NCBI GenBank assembly: GCA_003280965.1 | Contig: QCDI01000001.1 | Span: 64,001-128,000 of the forward strand | DNA: 64,000 nucleotides | Direction of reading: 5' to 3' | From: Prochlorococcus sp. AG-355-B18 | GTDB lineage: Bacteria; Cyanobacteriota; Cyanobacteriia; PCC-6307; Cyanobiaceae | Part shown: positions 10,271 through 22,153 of the stretch, one piece after another | Layout of the letters: the number at the start of each line of letters is the position of its first letter | Position numbering within the stretch: the stretch's first letter is position 1 | Position numbers and translations under genes: made by a program | Notes under the pieces: model-generated | Told to the model about the DNA's origin: nothing | What the model saw: only the letters and a program-made list of their open reading frames with translations | Databases searched by the model: none

Positions 10271-11613
10271 CTAACTTACCCAGCCTTTCAGCAAATCAAA
10301 CACGCTAATAAATAGTCCGAAACCAATAATTAGAGGCGCTACCCATCTTGTCATGAATTTCAAATAACCTGTTGTTTTGGCTCCAACTTTAGAAACATTA
10401 AGTTCTTCATTAAACTTTCCAGGGACTACCCATCCCATAAAGAAAGTAACCAAGAATCCACCAAAGATTAATAATACTCCTCCAAAAATGGAATCAATTG
10501 TTCCAAGAATATTTAAATTTAATGCAGAAGGAATGCCAGCTAAGAAAAGGAATAGAGTTATCAACCAAACTGATTTTTCTCTTTTAAAGCCAAATTTATC
10601 CATTAAAGAGGAAACTGGAACCTCTAATAATGAAACAGATGAAGTTATGGCTGCAATATAAGCTAGTGCAAAAAATGCAACAGCTACAATTCTCCCGACC
10701 GCTCCATATGAACCTAAACCCGTAGGAATTGATATAAATAATGCTCCAACTGTTGATTCAGAAATAGCATCACTTAAACCAAATGTTAAAACAATCGGAA
10801 AAGTAATAAGTCCAGCCATAAGACCCACCAAAGTATCCAATGATGCTACTCCAACACTTAGTTTTGGAAGATTACTCTTTTTATTTAAATAGGAAGCGTA
10901 AGTCACCATAACTCCAATTCCTAAACTTAAAGAAAAGAAAGCTTGTGTAAAAGCATTTCTTATTGTTTGAGGGTTCCTTAATTCATCAAAGTCGAACTTA
11001 AACAAAAATGTCTTATATCCTTCCCATGCGCCTGAAAGTGAAGTAGCCCATATTGCTAGAAATAGAAGAATTATAAAAAGTATAGGCATAAAGAATCTTG
11101 TTACCTTTTCGATTCCTTTTTTTACACCTGATGAAACTATTATTGCTGTAAGTACAAGACTTAACAGGTGCCCCAACAAAACACCGCTACCACTGCTAAT
11201 CGAGCCAAAGAAGGTTTCTGCTTCAGTTAAATTCTTAGGTAATCCAAAAAATAAAGAATGGAACAAAGTATCGGCTGTCCATCCCATTATCACTGAATAA
11301 TATGATGCTATTCCCAGTGGAGCTATAAAAAAAAGAATTCCTAATGGATACCAATTTTTTCCAGCCAGCTTTACAGGTGCAAGTAATGTGCTTGCCATTG
11401 CGTTTCTACCTAATGCCATTTCAGCAACAAATACTGGAAGACATACAATTAAAACTATCAATATATACAAGAGTACAAAAGCAGCACCCCAACTTGAGAG
11501 GCTCTTTAAGCAAAACCCCAAAGATTGCCTAGACCTACTGCACTACCAGCAGCTGCGAGAATGAATCCTAATTTACTAGTCCATTGTTCTCTTTGAGAAA
11601 TTTTTGAGTCCAA
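10271..11613 (-). pseudogene. Sodium-dependent (NSS/SNF family) transporter, disrupted
   Basis: TTG 11613 gives [28 protein letters not shown], then TAA at 11506-11508 and a 1-nt loss before GAAFVLLY; rest intact (QAFFSLSLG). Confidence 0.8.
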
Positions 11614-11745
11614 AATAAAAATCGTTTTTTATAGTTGATTTATAACTCATAAATAAAAATTAGTTAATGCTTTGCTTAATAAAAACTAATTTTTTAAGAT
11701 AAATTTTTTAGGAAGATTTAGAATTAAAAAACTTTTATTATTCTT

Positions 11746-12027
11746 ATGACTATTGAAACAACTATTCTAGAATTTAATTTAAGTAATACTTATGAACAGT
11801 ATGAAGCCTATATGAATGCAAAAGAACAGCAGACAATGTTTAAAGAAATGGGTGTTAAAACTTTTTATATTGGTAAATCATTAGATGACCCTCAAAGAGC
11901 AACCGTAATTTTTCAAGGACCAGAAAACACTTTATATGATATTTTTATGAATCCTGAAACAAAGCCTATCGTTGAGGCTTCAGGGCATATTTATGAGGGT
12001 ACAAAAATAACTCGTTGGATTTCTTGA
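11746..12027 (+). CDS. DUF3764-like small protein
   Basis: Clear paralog of 36567-36845 (DDP...KP.E.SGHIY). Confidence 0.75.
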   Translation: MTIETTILEFNLSNTYEQYEAYMNAKEQQTMFKEMGVKTFYIGKSLDDPQRATVIFQGPENTLYDIFMNPETKPIVEASGHIYEGTKITRWIS

Positions 12028-12037
12028 AAAAAAATTT

Positions 12038-12340
12038 TTGATGAATTATCAACTTTTAATTGAATCGTATTCTTTTGGTATAGACCTTTCTGAGCAAGAA
12101 ATAAAGCTCTTAAGCCTCGAACTAGAAACTCAAATGATGAACATTAATATATCTACAGAATTTGTATGTTTTAAATCTGCTCCCTCTCATATTTGTGAAA
12201 GACTTAATTTAAAAAAAAAATACATATTGGATAATGTGCCTTGCGGAAATATTAGATTTACATAAGTCAGCAAATTCAGGTAAAACAAAAAGTGTGGAAG
12301 TTTTTGATTTGCTTCTTGAAAAAGGACTTGTTTTTGGTTA
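12038..12340 (+). pseudogene. Hypothetical protein, probable frameshift in A10 run
   Basis: Alternative frame after 12211-12220 continues TYWIMCLAEILDLHK...EKGLVFG. Confidence 0.45.
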
Positions 12341-12425
12341 ATTAATTATTCAATTATTTGTTAATCAAAGAAAAGTTGTTTTTTGTATATGCTGATAGGA
12401 TTAATTTAAGATCAAATTAATAGAA

Positions 12426-12782
12426 ATGAAAGCTACTAGTGCATTCATATTGAAAAATATCATAGAACTTACTATATCAAGTGAGGATAAATTTAAGCAG
12501 GGAGATTTTAAAGGGGCCATGGAGGATAAAATTAAGGCTAATTCAATCTTGAAATCTAAATCTTGTGATCAAAAAATTATAGAGAAGTTTAGAGAAGAAC
12601 TATCTAGATTGTATTCCTCAAAATTCGATCTTATATTCGACCATAAACTTAAAATTGACGAAATAAAGAGAAATAAAATAGTGAGTATGTTGGAACATAA
12701 AAGTAAGGAAAAATTAAAAATTCTTGACTATAAAGGTGCAATAAAGGCCTTAAGAAGGGCAGAAAAATATTTATCAAATTAA
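12426..12782 (+). CDS. Hypothetical helical-repeat protein
   Basis: Two similar GDFKGA / LDYKGA segments. Confidence 0.6.
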   Translation: MKATSAFILKNIIELTISSEDKFKQGDFKGAMEDKIKANSILKSKSCDQKIIEKFREELSRLYSSKFDLIFDHKLKIDEIKRNKIVSMLEHKSKEKLKILDYKGAIKALRRAEKYLSN

Positions 12783-13390
12783 GAACAACTTAAATATCGA
12801 TACTAATTAAATTTATTAATTTGAAAATAAAAAATAATTAAAGGGTTGATTTTTCTTCAGAATTCGTTTCTCTGGAAATAGATTATTTTTGCTATTAATT
12901 ATGGTTATGCCTCAATCTACATTGGAAAGCTTATTATTTTTTTTGATACTTTCTCTTGTTGCAACCTATATTGTAAATCTTAAATATTCCTCAAATTTAA
13001 AACCGCAAAAATAGCACTAATTATATTAAGCATCTTTTTTAATCATTTTATTTACCTGGATCACTCCAAGTTTCTTGGTATAACCAACTTAAAAAAGTCA
13101 AAGTGAGTATATTTCCAAATGCATAGATTAGTCCTAATAATGGGTTATAAATATTTGCAATAATTGTGGACATTATAAAAACTATTAGCGCTGATACAAC
13201 CAAATCCTTAATAGGCAAATGGTCTAAATTAATAGAATTTATCATTTGAAAATCGTAGATAAGCTATTAAAGGATTATAAAGCCACATAAAGAGAAATTT
13301 ACTTAATATTTTTTTCTATTAAAGTTTTTAATGAAGATATATATTTTTTATTGATATTTCTTTATTAACTATGGAAGAATTTTTATAGAT

Positions 13391-13621
13391 ATGAATCGAT
13401 TTAGGATACCTTCGATAATTATTGTTCTTTCATCATTATCTTATTTGAGTGTCACTTTTTTAAAAAATTATAATTCCCCAGAAAATATAGAAAAAAGATG
13501 TATTTTAAAATTTGAAAAAGATTTTAAAAATTTTTCCGAGTTATCTCCAAAAGAATGGGATCTTAATTTAGATTTAGCTGATAATAATTATTTAAAATGT
13601 ATGGGTATACCACTTTATTAA
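13391..13621 (+). CDS. Hypothetical protein
   Basis: ATG ORF with N-terminal TM. Confidence 0.5.
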   Translation: MNRFRIPSIIIVLSSLSYLSVTFLKNYNSPENIEKRCILKFEKDFKNFSELSPKEWDLNLDLADNNYLKCMGIPLY

Positions 13622-13623
13622 TT

Positions 13624-13839
13624 ATGGGAGAAGCAAAGAGAAGAAAAGATCTAGGAATTCCGCCTAGAGATAAAACCGAAGATATAAAGCTACCTCAACT
13701 AGATAAAAAAGCGATACAACAAAAAGTTAGGAACACTTTATATAAGTATCCAATTATCCCTTTTCTTTTTTATGGAGCTGCAATAGTGATCTTAGTAGGA
13801 GGCCTATTTTATGTGTTCAAATCTTTTGGAATTATTTAA
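13624..13839 (+). CDS. DUF2839-like protein
   Basis: MGEAKRRK start; paralog at 16113. Confidence 0.75.
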   Translation: MGEAKRRKDLGIPPRDKTEDIKLPQLDKKAIQQKVRNTLYKYPIIPFLFYGAAIVILVGGLFYVFKSFGII

Positions 13840-14499
13840 TTAAATAGATTGATAATTTTAATAATATTTTTAAAGGATTATGAAATTTAGAAAAAAAAGT
13901 GCAAAATTCAATAATAAATAAATTGATATGTGAGAATTTTTTACGATTGACGCCGTCTTAAGATGTTGTAATTTTGGGTTACCTTAAAATTATTTATGCA
14001 GAAAAAAAATAAAAAATATGCTGAAATAATGCATCAAGCTGATCAAGCGGTTGGAAGAAAAGAAGTAGTTAGTTTACTAAAAAAAGCTGCAATGATAATG
14101 GCAAAATCAGAGGAAAACTTAGCTGCATAATTTAAAAAAACTATTTTATTAGCATCAATAAAAATCCATAAAGAATAATAGAGGAAGTGGCAGCCATAAA
14201 AAAAAATGGTAATATCATTCCTGAGTTCAACCATCTTAAAAATCTTATTTTTTTGTTAACTACTCTTGCCATTGTTTTAATTTCTCTTATTTTCAACTTA
14301 TCAAGTTAACAATATGGGGTAAATGTTTAATTTAATTTTATTTATAAAACGCTTAAGCAATTTTTAATACCAAATTTTATACAGAAAGAGAAATTCATTG
14401 TGCCCTAAAAATTTTGAATTTGAAATTTTTTTAGGTAATTAATACCTTGTATTCTTGAAATTTTTAAAGCAATATTTATTAATATAAAGTTTCTCAATA

Positions 14500-14775
14500 A
14501 TGATTAAAAATTTCAAAGATAAAAATGAGACTTTAAGAGATTATAACTCTGAATTATTACTTAAGATTCTAAATCAGACCTCTATAGAACCTAAAAATAC
14601 TAATTATAAAGAACTATTTGTAGATGAAAATTGGAAAATTAATTCAAAACATAGGAATAATATAATTACTCCGGATAATGGTAATTTGAAGAGAATTTTA
14701 TCAGAAATATTTCCAGATAAAAAAATATCGATTCAGAATAATAATGATGGGTCTCAGACAATTTTTATATTCTGA
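14500..14775 (+). CDS. Hypothetical protein
   Basis: ATG ORF, 91 aa. Confidence 0.5.
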   Translation: MIKNFKDKNETLRDYNSELLLKILNQTSIEPKNTNYKELFVDENWKINSKHRNNIITPDNGNLKRILSEIFPDKKISIQNNNDGSQTIFIF

Positions 14776-14984
14776 TCTACTTACCATAAAAATTATCTTG
14801 AAAGAACAGGCCTCTAGAATTGTCACGAAAATCATAATTTTTGACAATTAAGCTTTAGATTTTTTTATAAGTAATAACTTAAATTAAAGAGATTATTTTT
14901 TTGCATAAATAGGTTGTTTATTTTTTAGAAGAAAAATTAGTTAAAATTACTCTCGCATAAATTTTTTGGAGGTATTATTATTCA

Positions 14985-15050
14985 GTAACGTTCATCCAAG
15001 TTTATATATCTGGACGCATGACATGGGAATAGGGAACGGGATTCTCATTA
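14985..15050 (+). ncRNA. Downstream-peptide (glutamine riboswitch) RNA motif
   Basis: CGTTCATCC...GGACGCA...ATGGGAAT-AGG-GAACG-GG-ATTCTCAT; CGTTC/GAACG pseudoknot pairing; -10 TATTAT upstream, short ORF downstream. Confidence 0.8.
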
Positions 15051-15063
15051 ACTGCAAAAGACA

Positions 15064-15234
15064 ATGAATAACCTCTTAAAAATAAGAGAAAAAAAAATCA
15101 GAGCTAATAGGCTTTATGAAGCTCAACTTTTGGCTACTAAAAATGGAGAAGTAACTCCATACAGGAGATCAGTCTTCGAAGAAAGAATCAGGAAAACACA
15201 AAAAGAAATAGGATCGCAAGATACTAAAAATTAA
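15064..15234 (+). CDS. Small basic protein (56 aa) downstream of the riboswitch
   Basis: Hand translation MNNLLKIREKKIRANRLYEAQLLATKNGEVTPYRRSVFEERIRKTQKEIGSQDTKN. Confidence 0.7.
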   Translation: MNNLLKIREKKIRANRLYEAQLLATKNGEVTPYRRSVFEERIRKTQKEIGSQDTKN

Positions 15235-15258
15235 ATTCTCACTTGTAACTGATTAACA

Positions 15259-15288
15259 AAGAGAGGGATTAAACCCTCTCTTTTTTTT
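15259..15288 (+). terminator. Intrinsic terminator
   Basis: AGAGAGGG-ATTAAA-CCCTCTCT followed by T-run. Confidence 0.8.
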
Positions 15289-15357
15289 ATAAAAACAATT
15301 TAACTATTAATTTATTTTGCCAATTATCGATTATTAAAAGAACATAATTTTGATTCT

Positions 15358-15711
15358 TTGACTATTGCGTTTAAGTATATAAGTGGCAGATTTAATTTAG
15401 GAATTAAAAGAAAAATAGTGATGTTTGAAAAGAAAAATAAACAATTTAAAAAATCACCCAATAAATCAAATTTAGATCAAATCTTATGGTTTATAGAAAA
15501 TTATTTACCTCAGAAGAAAGACCGAAGCGTTCAAAAAAAATTGTATATGGATAAGCTAGAAGCAGAAACTATTATACAATTTTCAAAATTAGCTTCTTTA
15601 CGTTCAAAAACATTATTCCCAACTACAAAAAATACAACGATCTCTTTTACTTTTGGTAATTGGGCCTTACCTTACCTGAAATTGCTTAAGAAAATAGGGA
15701 TAGCTAAGTAA
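15358..15711 (+). CDS. Hypothetical protein (true start probably 15421)
   Basis: ORF track. Confidence 0.45.
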   Translation: MTIAFKYISGRFNLGIKRKIVMFEKKNKQFKKSPNKSNLDQILWFIENYLPQKKDRSVQKKLYMDKLEAETIIQFSKLASLRSKTLFPTTKNTTISFTFGNWALPYLKLLKKIGIAK

Positions 15712-16112
15712 GAAAATTGTGATGGACTAAGATAAGATTTATCGTGAAAAAGAAATAAATAATGATTATGAAGTCATACCGGGTGCTTTTAGAAATTTAA
15801 GGAGCAAATTTACTTTACATAAAAAATACAATTGCTAAGTTTAAAATAAGAGATCTATTTATTATGTTTCTAAATTATCTGCCAAGTGAAATGGTTGAAG
15901 TTGTTGGTTTAACAATGATTTTTTCATTTTTAATTGGAACTATATTAATTTTGTTATTTACATCAGATCAGGCAAATACAAAGAATCTATATCTAAAGAA
16001 GGCTAAATAGGTTTTAAATAATTTTTCCTTCTAAATAAGGAATATTAAAAAAAAAATTAACTCGCAGGTTTAGAACATAATTTTTAAAATTTAAGTATAA
16101 GAATTTATGATT

Positions 16113-16313
16113 ATGGGCGAAGCTAAAAGAAGAGCAAAGTTAGGATTGCCGCCTAGACAAAAAAACTTTGTATTAAATAAATCTGATAGATACTTTTCAT
16201 GGCTTCCAATTACCAAATCAAGAATTAAGAGATACCCTTATATGGGTGTCGCAACAATGGCATTAGGAGCGATAATTTTCTTAGTTAGTGGCGGAGCAAA
16301 TAGAATTAATTAA
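16113..16313 (+). CDS. DUF2839-like protein
   Basis: MGEAKRRAKLGLPPR. Confidence 0.7.
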   Translation: MGEAKRRAKLGLPPRQKNFVLNKSDRYFSWLPITKSRIKRYPYMGVATMALGAIIFLVSGGANRIN

Positions 16314-16331
16314 TTAGATTTTTGGCTAGGC

Positions 16332-16601
16332 TTACAATATACCTAAGTTTTTTTGTAGTAGTCTAATGCCAGATATTACAGAAATTATTGATGCTATACC
16401 AAGAAATATCGAGTAAAAAGGTTGAAAATTAATAATGCCAAAATTTCCTGTATGCCATTTGATTAACCAAAAAGCATCTACTCCTAATGGTTGAAGAATA
16501 CTATAAATAGTTCCACTTACAATGGTAATTAGTAAAGGGATTGCTGAAATTGCCGTTATTTTTCTGTGAATTTTTCTTTTATTAGTTTTTAATTTTTCCA
16601 T
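16332..16601 (-). CDS. PepSY-associated TM-like small membrane protein
   Basis: RKIHRKI...PLLITIVSG...WHTG pattern. Confidence 0.65.
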   Translation of the reverse strand: MEKLKTNKRKIHRKITAISAIPLLITIVSGTIYSILQPLGVDAFWLIKWHTGNFGIINFQPFYSIFLGIASIISVISGIRLLQKNLGIL

Positions 16602-16740
16602 CTATTTCCTCAAATAGATATGTAATTCTTATTCGTTTTTGCATGGCATCCATTTATCTTGGTTCTTATGTATTCCTTCGCAACCAAGTTCTAAAGATCT
16701 ATTTTCAGCGTCCTCCTCAGAAAGAAATGTCCCTCTCTAT
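16602..16740 (-). pseudogene. DUF3721-like small protein lacking a start codon
   Basis: RGTFLSEEDAENRSLELGCEGIHKNQDKWMPC...; ATAG where ATG is expected. Confidence 0.5.
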
Positions 16741-17836
16741 TTGATGTTTTAAATATTTAATACATAGATTTTTTTCCTGATATACCTCTGCTATTGGAGC
16801 AATCTTTAAAGCAATAGCAAAAGTACCAATAACTAAAAGAATGTTTGTAGCTAGTCGAATGTTTGGTCGAAAATTTGATCTCATTCGTATTCTTTATTTC
16901 TGTCTATAACTTCCCTTAAATATATATCTTTTAGCTCGTTATTATATCCATTTTCTTCAATAAATTTCTCTAATTCCTTCAACTCTTTTTCTGTCATTAA
17001 GCAGATTTGGATATATTGTTTTTCATATCTTCAATTTGGTTGATTAATTCATCTAACCACTCGGTATTATTTTCGGATCTTTTCTGAAAATATGTAATAT
17101 TTGGTTGATTGATTTCTAGTGTCTCATAATCTCCACTCATAAATTCCCCCTAAATTTATACTCTGCATAATTTATCTAGATAAATTATGCTCATCAATAG
17201 GCTCTAATACTTATTTGTAATTTGCCATAGGTAAAAAACTACTTTTTTAATAGTATAAATATCAAGGAATTTATCTCCCAAAATATGACAACTAATGAAG
17301 AACTAGAAAAAAGAATAGAGACTTTAGAAAAAGAAGTAAAACACCTAAAAGCTATTCTGCAGTATCAAATGAGAAATAAGAAAAAGTGATTTTTCATATT
17401 GCATAGCAATTACGTTTGGTAGATAAGCATTTTCCCTATGTGGTTTTGGGTACCTAATGTAAAAGCTAAATATTAAAAGTTAGTTCATAATAAGGTACTT
17501 TTTAAAAAATATTTTTAGATCATTGATATTTAGAACATATTTGTTTTTATATATATAAAAGTTCTTGATATGATTAACTCAATAGCCATTCCATTATTAG
17601 TTTTAGGATTTTTACTTGCTTATAAAAGAATCAAGAGAAAGAAAAGGCGATTTCACGCCCCACCTACAAATCAGCTTCCGAGTTGAAGATTAAATTCCGT
17701 CTTCGTCTTCTCCAAAAGGGTTGTATCTAATATCCCAGATGAGAACTACTGCTATAGATAAAAGCAATAGGCCAAAAACAACTTGAGGAGGTGGAAATAT
17801 CATCAAAATAATCTAACAATAATCTACTAGCTTCGT

Positions 17837-18004
17837 TTATGAAAATTTCAAAGGGTAATCAATATTTTTTGGTTCTAGATGTTTTACATAACAAGCTGTA
17901 GTGCAATCCACTCCTTCACTATTGATACTACAAGAAGTTATGCATTCAAAAAAACTTTCCAAAGCGTCGGAATCTTTAATATTTGAATAAATGTCTTGTT
18001 TCAT
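17837..18004 (-). CDS. Small Cys-rich protein (55 aa)
   Basis: Hand translation contains FFECITSCSINSEGVDCTTAC; GGAG RBS upstream. Confidence 0.6.
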   Translation of the reverse strand: MKQDIYSNIKDSDALESFFECITSCSINSEGVDCTTACYVKHLEPKNIDYPLKFS

Positions 18005-18644
18005 AATTAAAGCTCCGCTTTAAAGCTTTATCTAGCAATTATTTCTTAAAAGTGTCAAATTTTAGGTAAAGTACTTACCTACCCTCTTATTAGAAAAATG
18101 TTGGATTTATTATAAGTTTTCTCCATTCTCAATCTATTAGTTTTTATATTCTTTTCTTGATTTCTTAATAGATACACCCCTCCAGCTATTCATTATTGGC
18201 TTACTTAACTTTTATTTAAACAATAATAAGAAATAAGAATCATTTTAATCTTGGAAGAGCACTTGAAGTATCTCCAAAAACTTCAAATACTTCACTCCTA
18301 AATCTATCGTTATTTATTAAGGTGAATTTTTAAATAACAAAAAGGGGCGTTAACTTCGCCCCAATCAAAAAAGCGGGATAATCCCAATCACCCAGCTTCT
18401 TAAAAATCCTAGCACTACATATGGTGTTTGTAAGTAATAAAAATTACCTATTGATGGGGTTGTTTGTTTTAGTTTAATTTGTCATTATAGGAGTCCCCAT
18501 CACCTAGGCTCGTAAGAGTCTTTTTTTTTTTTTTTTTTTTTGCAATTTTGCTTTTAGGCCTTATCCGTTTTTAATTAGTGTTTAAAGACTTTTTATTTAA
18601 TTTTTAAATTCGATAATTAATAATTAAATAAATAATTTTTATTC

Positions 18645-18956
18645 ATGCAAACTTACATCGTACACTGGCAGTTTCCAGATCAAGAAAGTCACATGCAAGG
18701 GGCCGAAGCTTTTGCGGGTTTTGTGGAAGGAGGATGCGAAGGTGATGAATTTGATGGGTTTAAAGTTCTTAATCGAGTAGTAAATCCTGAGGGAGCTAAT
18801 GGTTGGGCAATAGTTGAATCTTCAAATCATCAGAACATTTGGAAATGGAGTAGTATTTGGGTCGATAATTTTGGCGTAGAAATTGAAGTTACACCAGTTT
18901 TAACAGATAAAGAATTTCTCTCCGTGCATAAAGAAATTTCAGCAGCCTCCAATTGA
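18645..18956 (+). CDS. DUF3303-like protein
   Basis: DEFDGFKVLNRV...G.AIVE...W...IEVTPVLTD; paralogs at 25866 and 26294. Confidence 0.75.
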   Translation: MQTYIVHWQFPDQESHMQGAEAFAGFVEGGCEGDEFDGFKVLNRVVNPEGANGWAIVESSNHQNIWKWSSIWVDNFGVEIEVTPVLTDKEFLSVHKEISAASN

Positions 18957-19432
18957 TTAGAAATCTTTTAAGTGATTGAAAGTTGATATAACATATAAGG
19001 ATAGTAGTTATTTTGTATGGGAAAATTTTCTTCTCAAGAAATTGAAAGTCAATACAATTTAATAAAAAAACTTTTAGAGGAACCTGAAAAGTATATAGAT
19101 GCCATAAACGCAATAAAGAAAGATATTGCATATATGCCTATTGAGCTTAGAAGAAAGCTTGACGAGGAAAATATTATTTTATGAATGAAAGTAATTCGGA
19201 ATTCATAATGATCCTTAATTTTAAGGATTAGATTAGTAACTAGCTACCTTCTTAAACTAACCGAGAGAGTCTAGATCTCTTCTATGGTGAACTGTATTTG
19301 CTTCATCAGTTGAGATATTTTGTTCTCTCATCAAATCGGCAAGAGTTGGAAAATCTGTTGCATTATCAAGATCTCTTTCAGTTTTATCTTTAATTGAGAA
19401 TGGTGATTTTTTTAAGTTCATAATTAATAACC

Positions 19433-19618
19433 TCAAAATTTTTGTTGGATTCTGATCACAGAACCTGGATGATCATGTACGTAAGAGTTGAATTCTCTTG
19501 CAAGCATTAGGCAATCGTATGCGTCACGCGCATAGAAGCTGACTTCATGTGTATTATTTGATGAATCCTTGTAACTCAACACATATTTATTACAAGATTT
19601 GATTGGTGTAGAAGGCAT
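19433..19618 (-). CDS. Small hypothetical protein
   Basis: GAGG RBS, ATG ORF. Confidence 0.6.
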   Translation of the reverse strand: MPSTPIKSCNKYVLSYKDSSNNTHEVSFYARDAYDCLMLAREFNSYVHDHPGSVIRIQQKF

Positions 19619-19978
19619 TTAAACCTCTCGTCTCTACATCTAAAGTTCTAACTAGCTGAACTAATCATCCGACTAAGAAGAATGTACGGTTTGAGGTACA
19701 AAAATATACGGATATAGGATCAACGATTAAATTTTAAAATATATAAAATGCACGAGGTAGACTCAAATAAAGTTATTCCTACCACTTTCAATATTTTTTC
19801 TCTTTACGGTTAGATTAAAATAAATAATTAAAGTTTCACATTAATAATCTTCAAAGTAAACCTATACCCTTGCCTACGGCAAACACTTTTTTACAATAAA
19901 CACTTCAAGTATTAACTTTTGTACTGATATCTAAGTCGAGAAAAATTTTATTTAGTACATTCTCATTATGAGCCATAA

Positions 19979-20287
19979 TTAGCTCCTTCTCACCCAATCT
20001 GGAGATCCACTAAACCAATCAGCAATATCATCATTCTTAGGATCAAAGTGATTTTCACTTTCTAAACCATCAAGACCAAGTGATTGGATCAGTCCATTTA
20101 TTCCGTCTGAATTTTGTTTCCCGTATCTCCTTAAGCTGTTAGCTTTCTTAAGCCATGTCCATATAGTTGAATTATGTTTTGCAAACTTTTCTACATAAAT
20201 TCTTTCTTCCAAAGAAACCTCCTCATCTACTGAAATTCTCTTAACAATATCCTTAATTTTTAGACGAGTTTTGTTTGTTAGGAACAT
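19979..20287 (-). CDS. Hypothetical protein
   Basis: MFLTNKTRLKIKDI...WFSGSPDWVRRS. Confidence 0.7.
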   Translation of the reverse strand: MFLTNKTRLKIKDIVKRISVDEEVSLEERIYVEKFAKHNSTIWTWLKKANSLRRYGKQNSDGINGLIQSLGLDGLESENHFDPKNDDIADWFSGSPDWVRRS

Positions 20288-20579
20288 ATGTATAAATGAA
20301 GTTAATGTTTTATAGAAGTTTTTTTTATGAATGTCTTGTCAATCTTTATTTCAAGAAAAAGTACTTTTTAGAGGGTTTCTAACGAAAAAAATATTCATTT
20401 AAGAACACACAAACTCATTTGGTAAAATCTATTACCTAAGACGATTTGAATAACTTATACATAAGCAATATCCCTATAAGATTATCTACTAAATTTAAGA
20501 ATAAATTTTAAAAAAAAGGCTTAACAAAATTTACATTGACAGTCGAATTAAAATTAAGAGGTAATTGATCTCATTTTGT

Positions 20580-20975
20580 ATGAAGTTAAAAAATATTTTA
20601 AAAACTACTGGGGCACTTCATTTACTCTTGGGAGCATTAATTATTTTCCTACTAATTTTTTCTGCAGAAACTATTGCGGGCAATGCTTCACGTGAAACGT
20701 TGCTTCTTGTAAGAGGCACTGCTGATGTTGTTGCTGCAAGTAATTTGGGAATTGGTTTTTTATTAATTATTTGTAGTTCTATAAAAGATAAAGTTTCTTT
20801 AAGAAAAGTTTTATCAGGTGAATTAGTTTTAATGTTTTGCTTTTTAGCAGTAGCCCTATTTAATACTTTTAATGCTGGGTCAATTGTTGATGGAGGACCT
20901 CCTCCTCCATTTTGGATTGTTTTGATAGTCAATCCACTTTTATGTATTTATGGATTATTTAATAATAAAAATTGA
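20580..20975 (+). CDS. Four-TM membrane protein, near-identical paralog of 31878-32273
   Basis: Direct sequence comparison; ATG 20580 follows a degenerate repeat A. Confidence 0.8.
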   Translation: MKLKNILKTTGALHLLLGALIIFLLIFSAETIAGNASRETLLLVRGTADVVAASNLGIGFLLIICSSIKDKVSLRKVLSGELVLMFCFLAVALFNTFNAGSIVDGGPPPPFWIVLIVNPLLCIYGLFNNKN

Positions 20976-21348
20976 ACTACCAAATTTATTCTCTAATAAT
21001 TCTTAAGATTATACGATTTAATTAATCACTAAACTAAGTTAGTATTTCTGAGCTTATAAAGAATCTTTCTCCATCATCATCATCATCATCATCATGAAAG
21101 GAAGAGATTAATACATATACTCCTCCCAGTCCCAAAATCATGGATAAATAAAGAATTGGATCTGTCATTTATTAATTTTGGAACATTAAAATTAAATTTG
21201 AGGAAGCTTTTCAATATCTATATTTTCTCTTAAGCATTAAATGAATAAATTTCTATGATCGAAAAAATAGGATTTGTTTTTAATATTATTATTGACAGTC
21301 AACTTAAAATAATAAGATTAGGTAGTTTTTTTGAAAGACTTTTAAAAA

Positions 21349-21987
21349 ATGTGTGGAAGATTTGAGCTGAAAACTAAGTTTGCAAATTTGCCAGAGGTTT
21401 TGAAACAGGACTATCCCATAGGACTTGATTCTAAATACGAGACTCAAAGTTTAATTAGACCAACTGATCCTGTTCTTGTAATTAAAAACGAAGGAAGAAT
21501 TAAAACTACTTTTATGGCATGGGGCTTTATTTCTCCTTGGGCTAAAGATCCATTTGATAAAAAGAGACCAAGACCATTTAATGCAAGATCAGAAACGGTA
21601 GAAGAAAAAAAATTATTTAGTAGAAGTTGGAAACACAAAAGGTGTTTAATACCAGCTAGTGGTTTTTTTGAAAAGAAATATCGTATTCGAAAGGAGAATT
21701 ATGACACTTTTTGGTTAGGAGGAATCTGGAGTAAGTGGACCTCACCAGATGGCGCTGAACTTGAAAGTTGCTGTGTTTTAACAACTGAACCAAATGCTTT
21801 AGTTAAACCTCTTCATAATCGTATGCCTGTTGTAGTCCCTAATGGGTATGAGGAACAGTGGACAGAGCAAGTTAAAGATTCTGATGAAATAAAAGGTTTA
21901 CTTCCAATTTTGATGGGTTGGTCACCCCATGGATGGCTGGTAGAGGATGTAAAGAAAAAAGAAACTGATCAAATTAGTTTGTTTTAA
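21349..21987 (+). CDS. SOS response-associated peptidase (SRAP/YedK family)
   Basis: MCGRF N-terminus, FNARSET, RCLIPASGFFE, HNRMPV. Confidence 0.93.
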   Translation: MCGRFELKTKFANLPEVLKQDYPIGLDSKYETQSLIRPTDPVLVIKNEGRIKTTFMAWGFISPWAKDPFDKKRPRPFNARSETVEEKKLFSRSWKHKRCLIPASGFFEKKYRIRKENYDTFWLGGIWSKWTSPDGAELESCCVLTTEPNALVKPLHNRMPVVVPNGYEEQWTEQVKDSDEIKGLLPILMGWSPHGWLVEDVKKKETDQISLF

Positions 21988-22153
21988 ATGAAAACCATTC
22001 TAATGACAGTTATTTTAATAATAGGAATTATTTATGGCTGTGGATTATTTTGACTACTTTGGAATTACTAAAGGAGTAAATTCAATGCCTATTTACTCAC
22101 AGGGGTAGAACTTTATTTTTAATATTGGGAGAATATAAATTTAATTTTTTGAT

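Noticed and set aside
21073..21094. (CAT)n microsatellite as a contingency locus
   Set aside because: Encodes a poly-Asp tract in a small minus-strand ORF; triplet changes keep the frame
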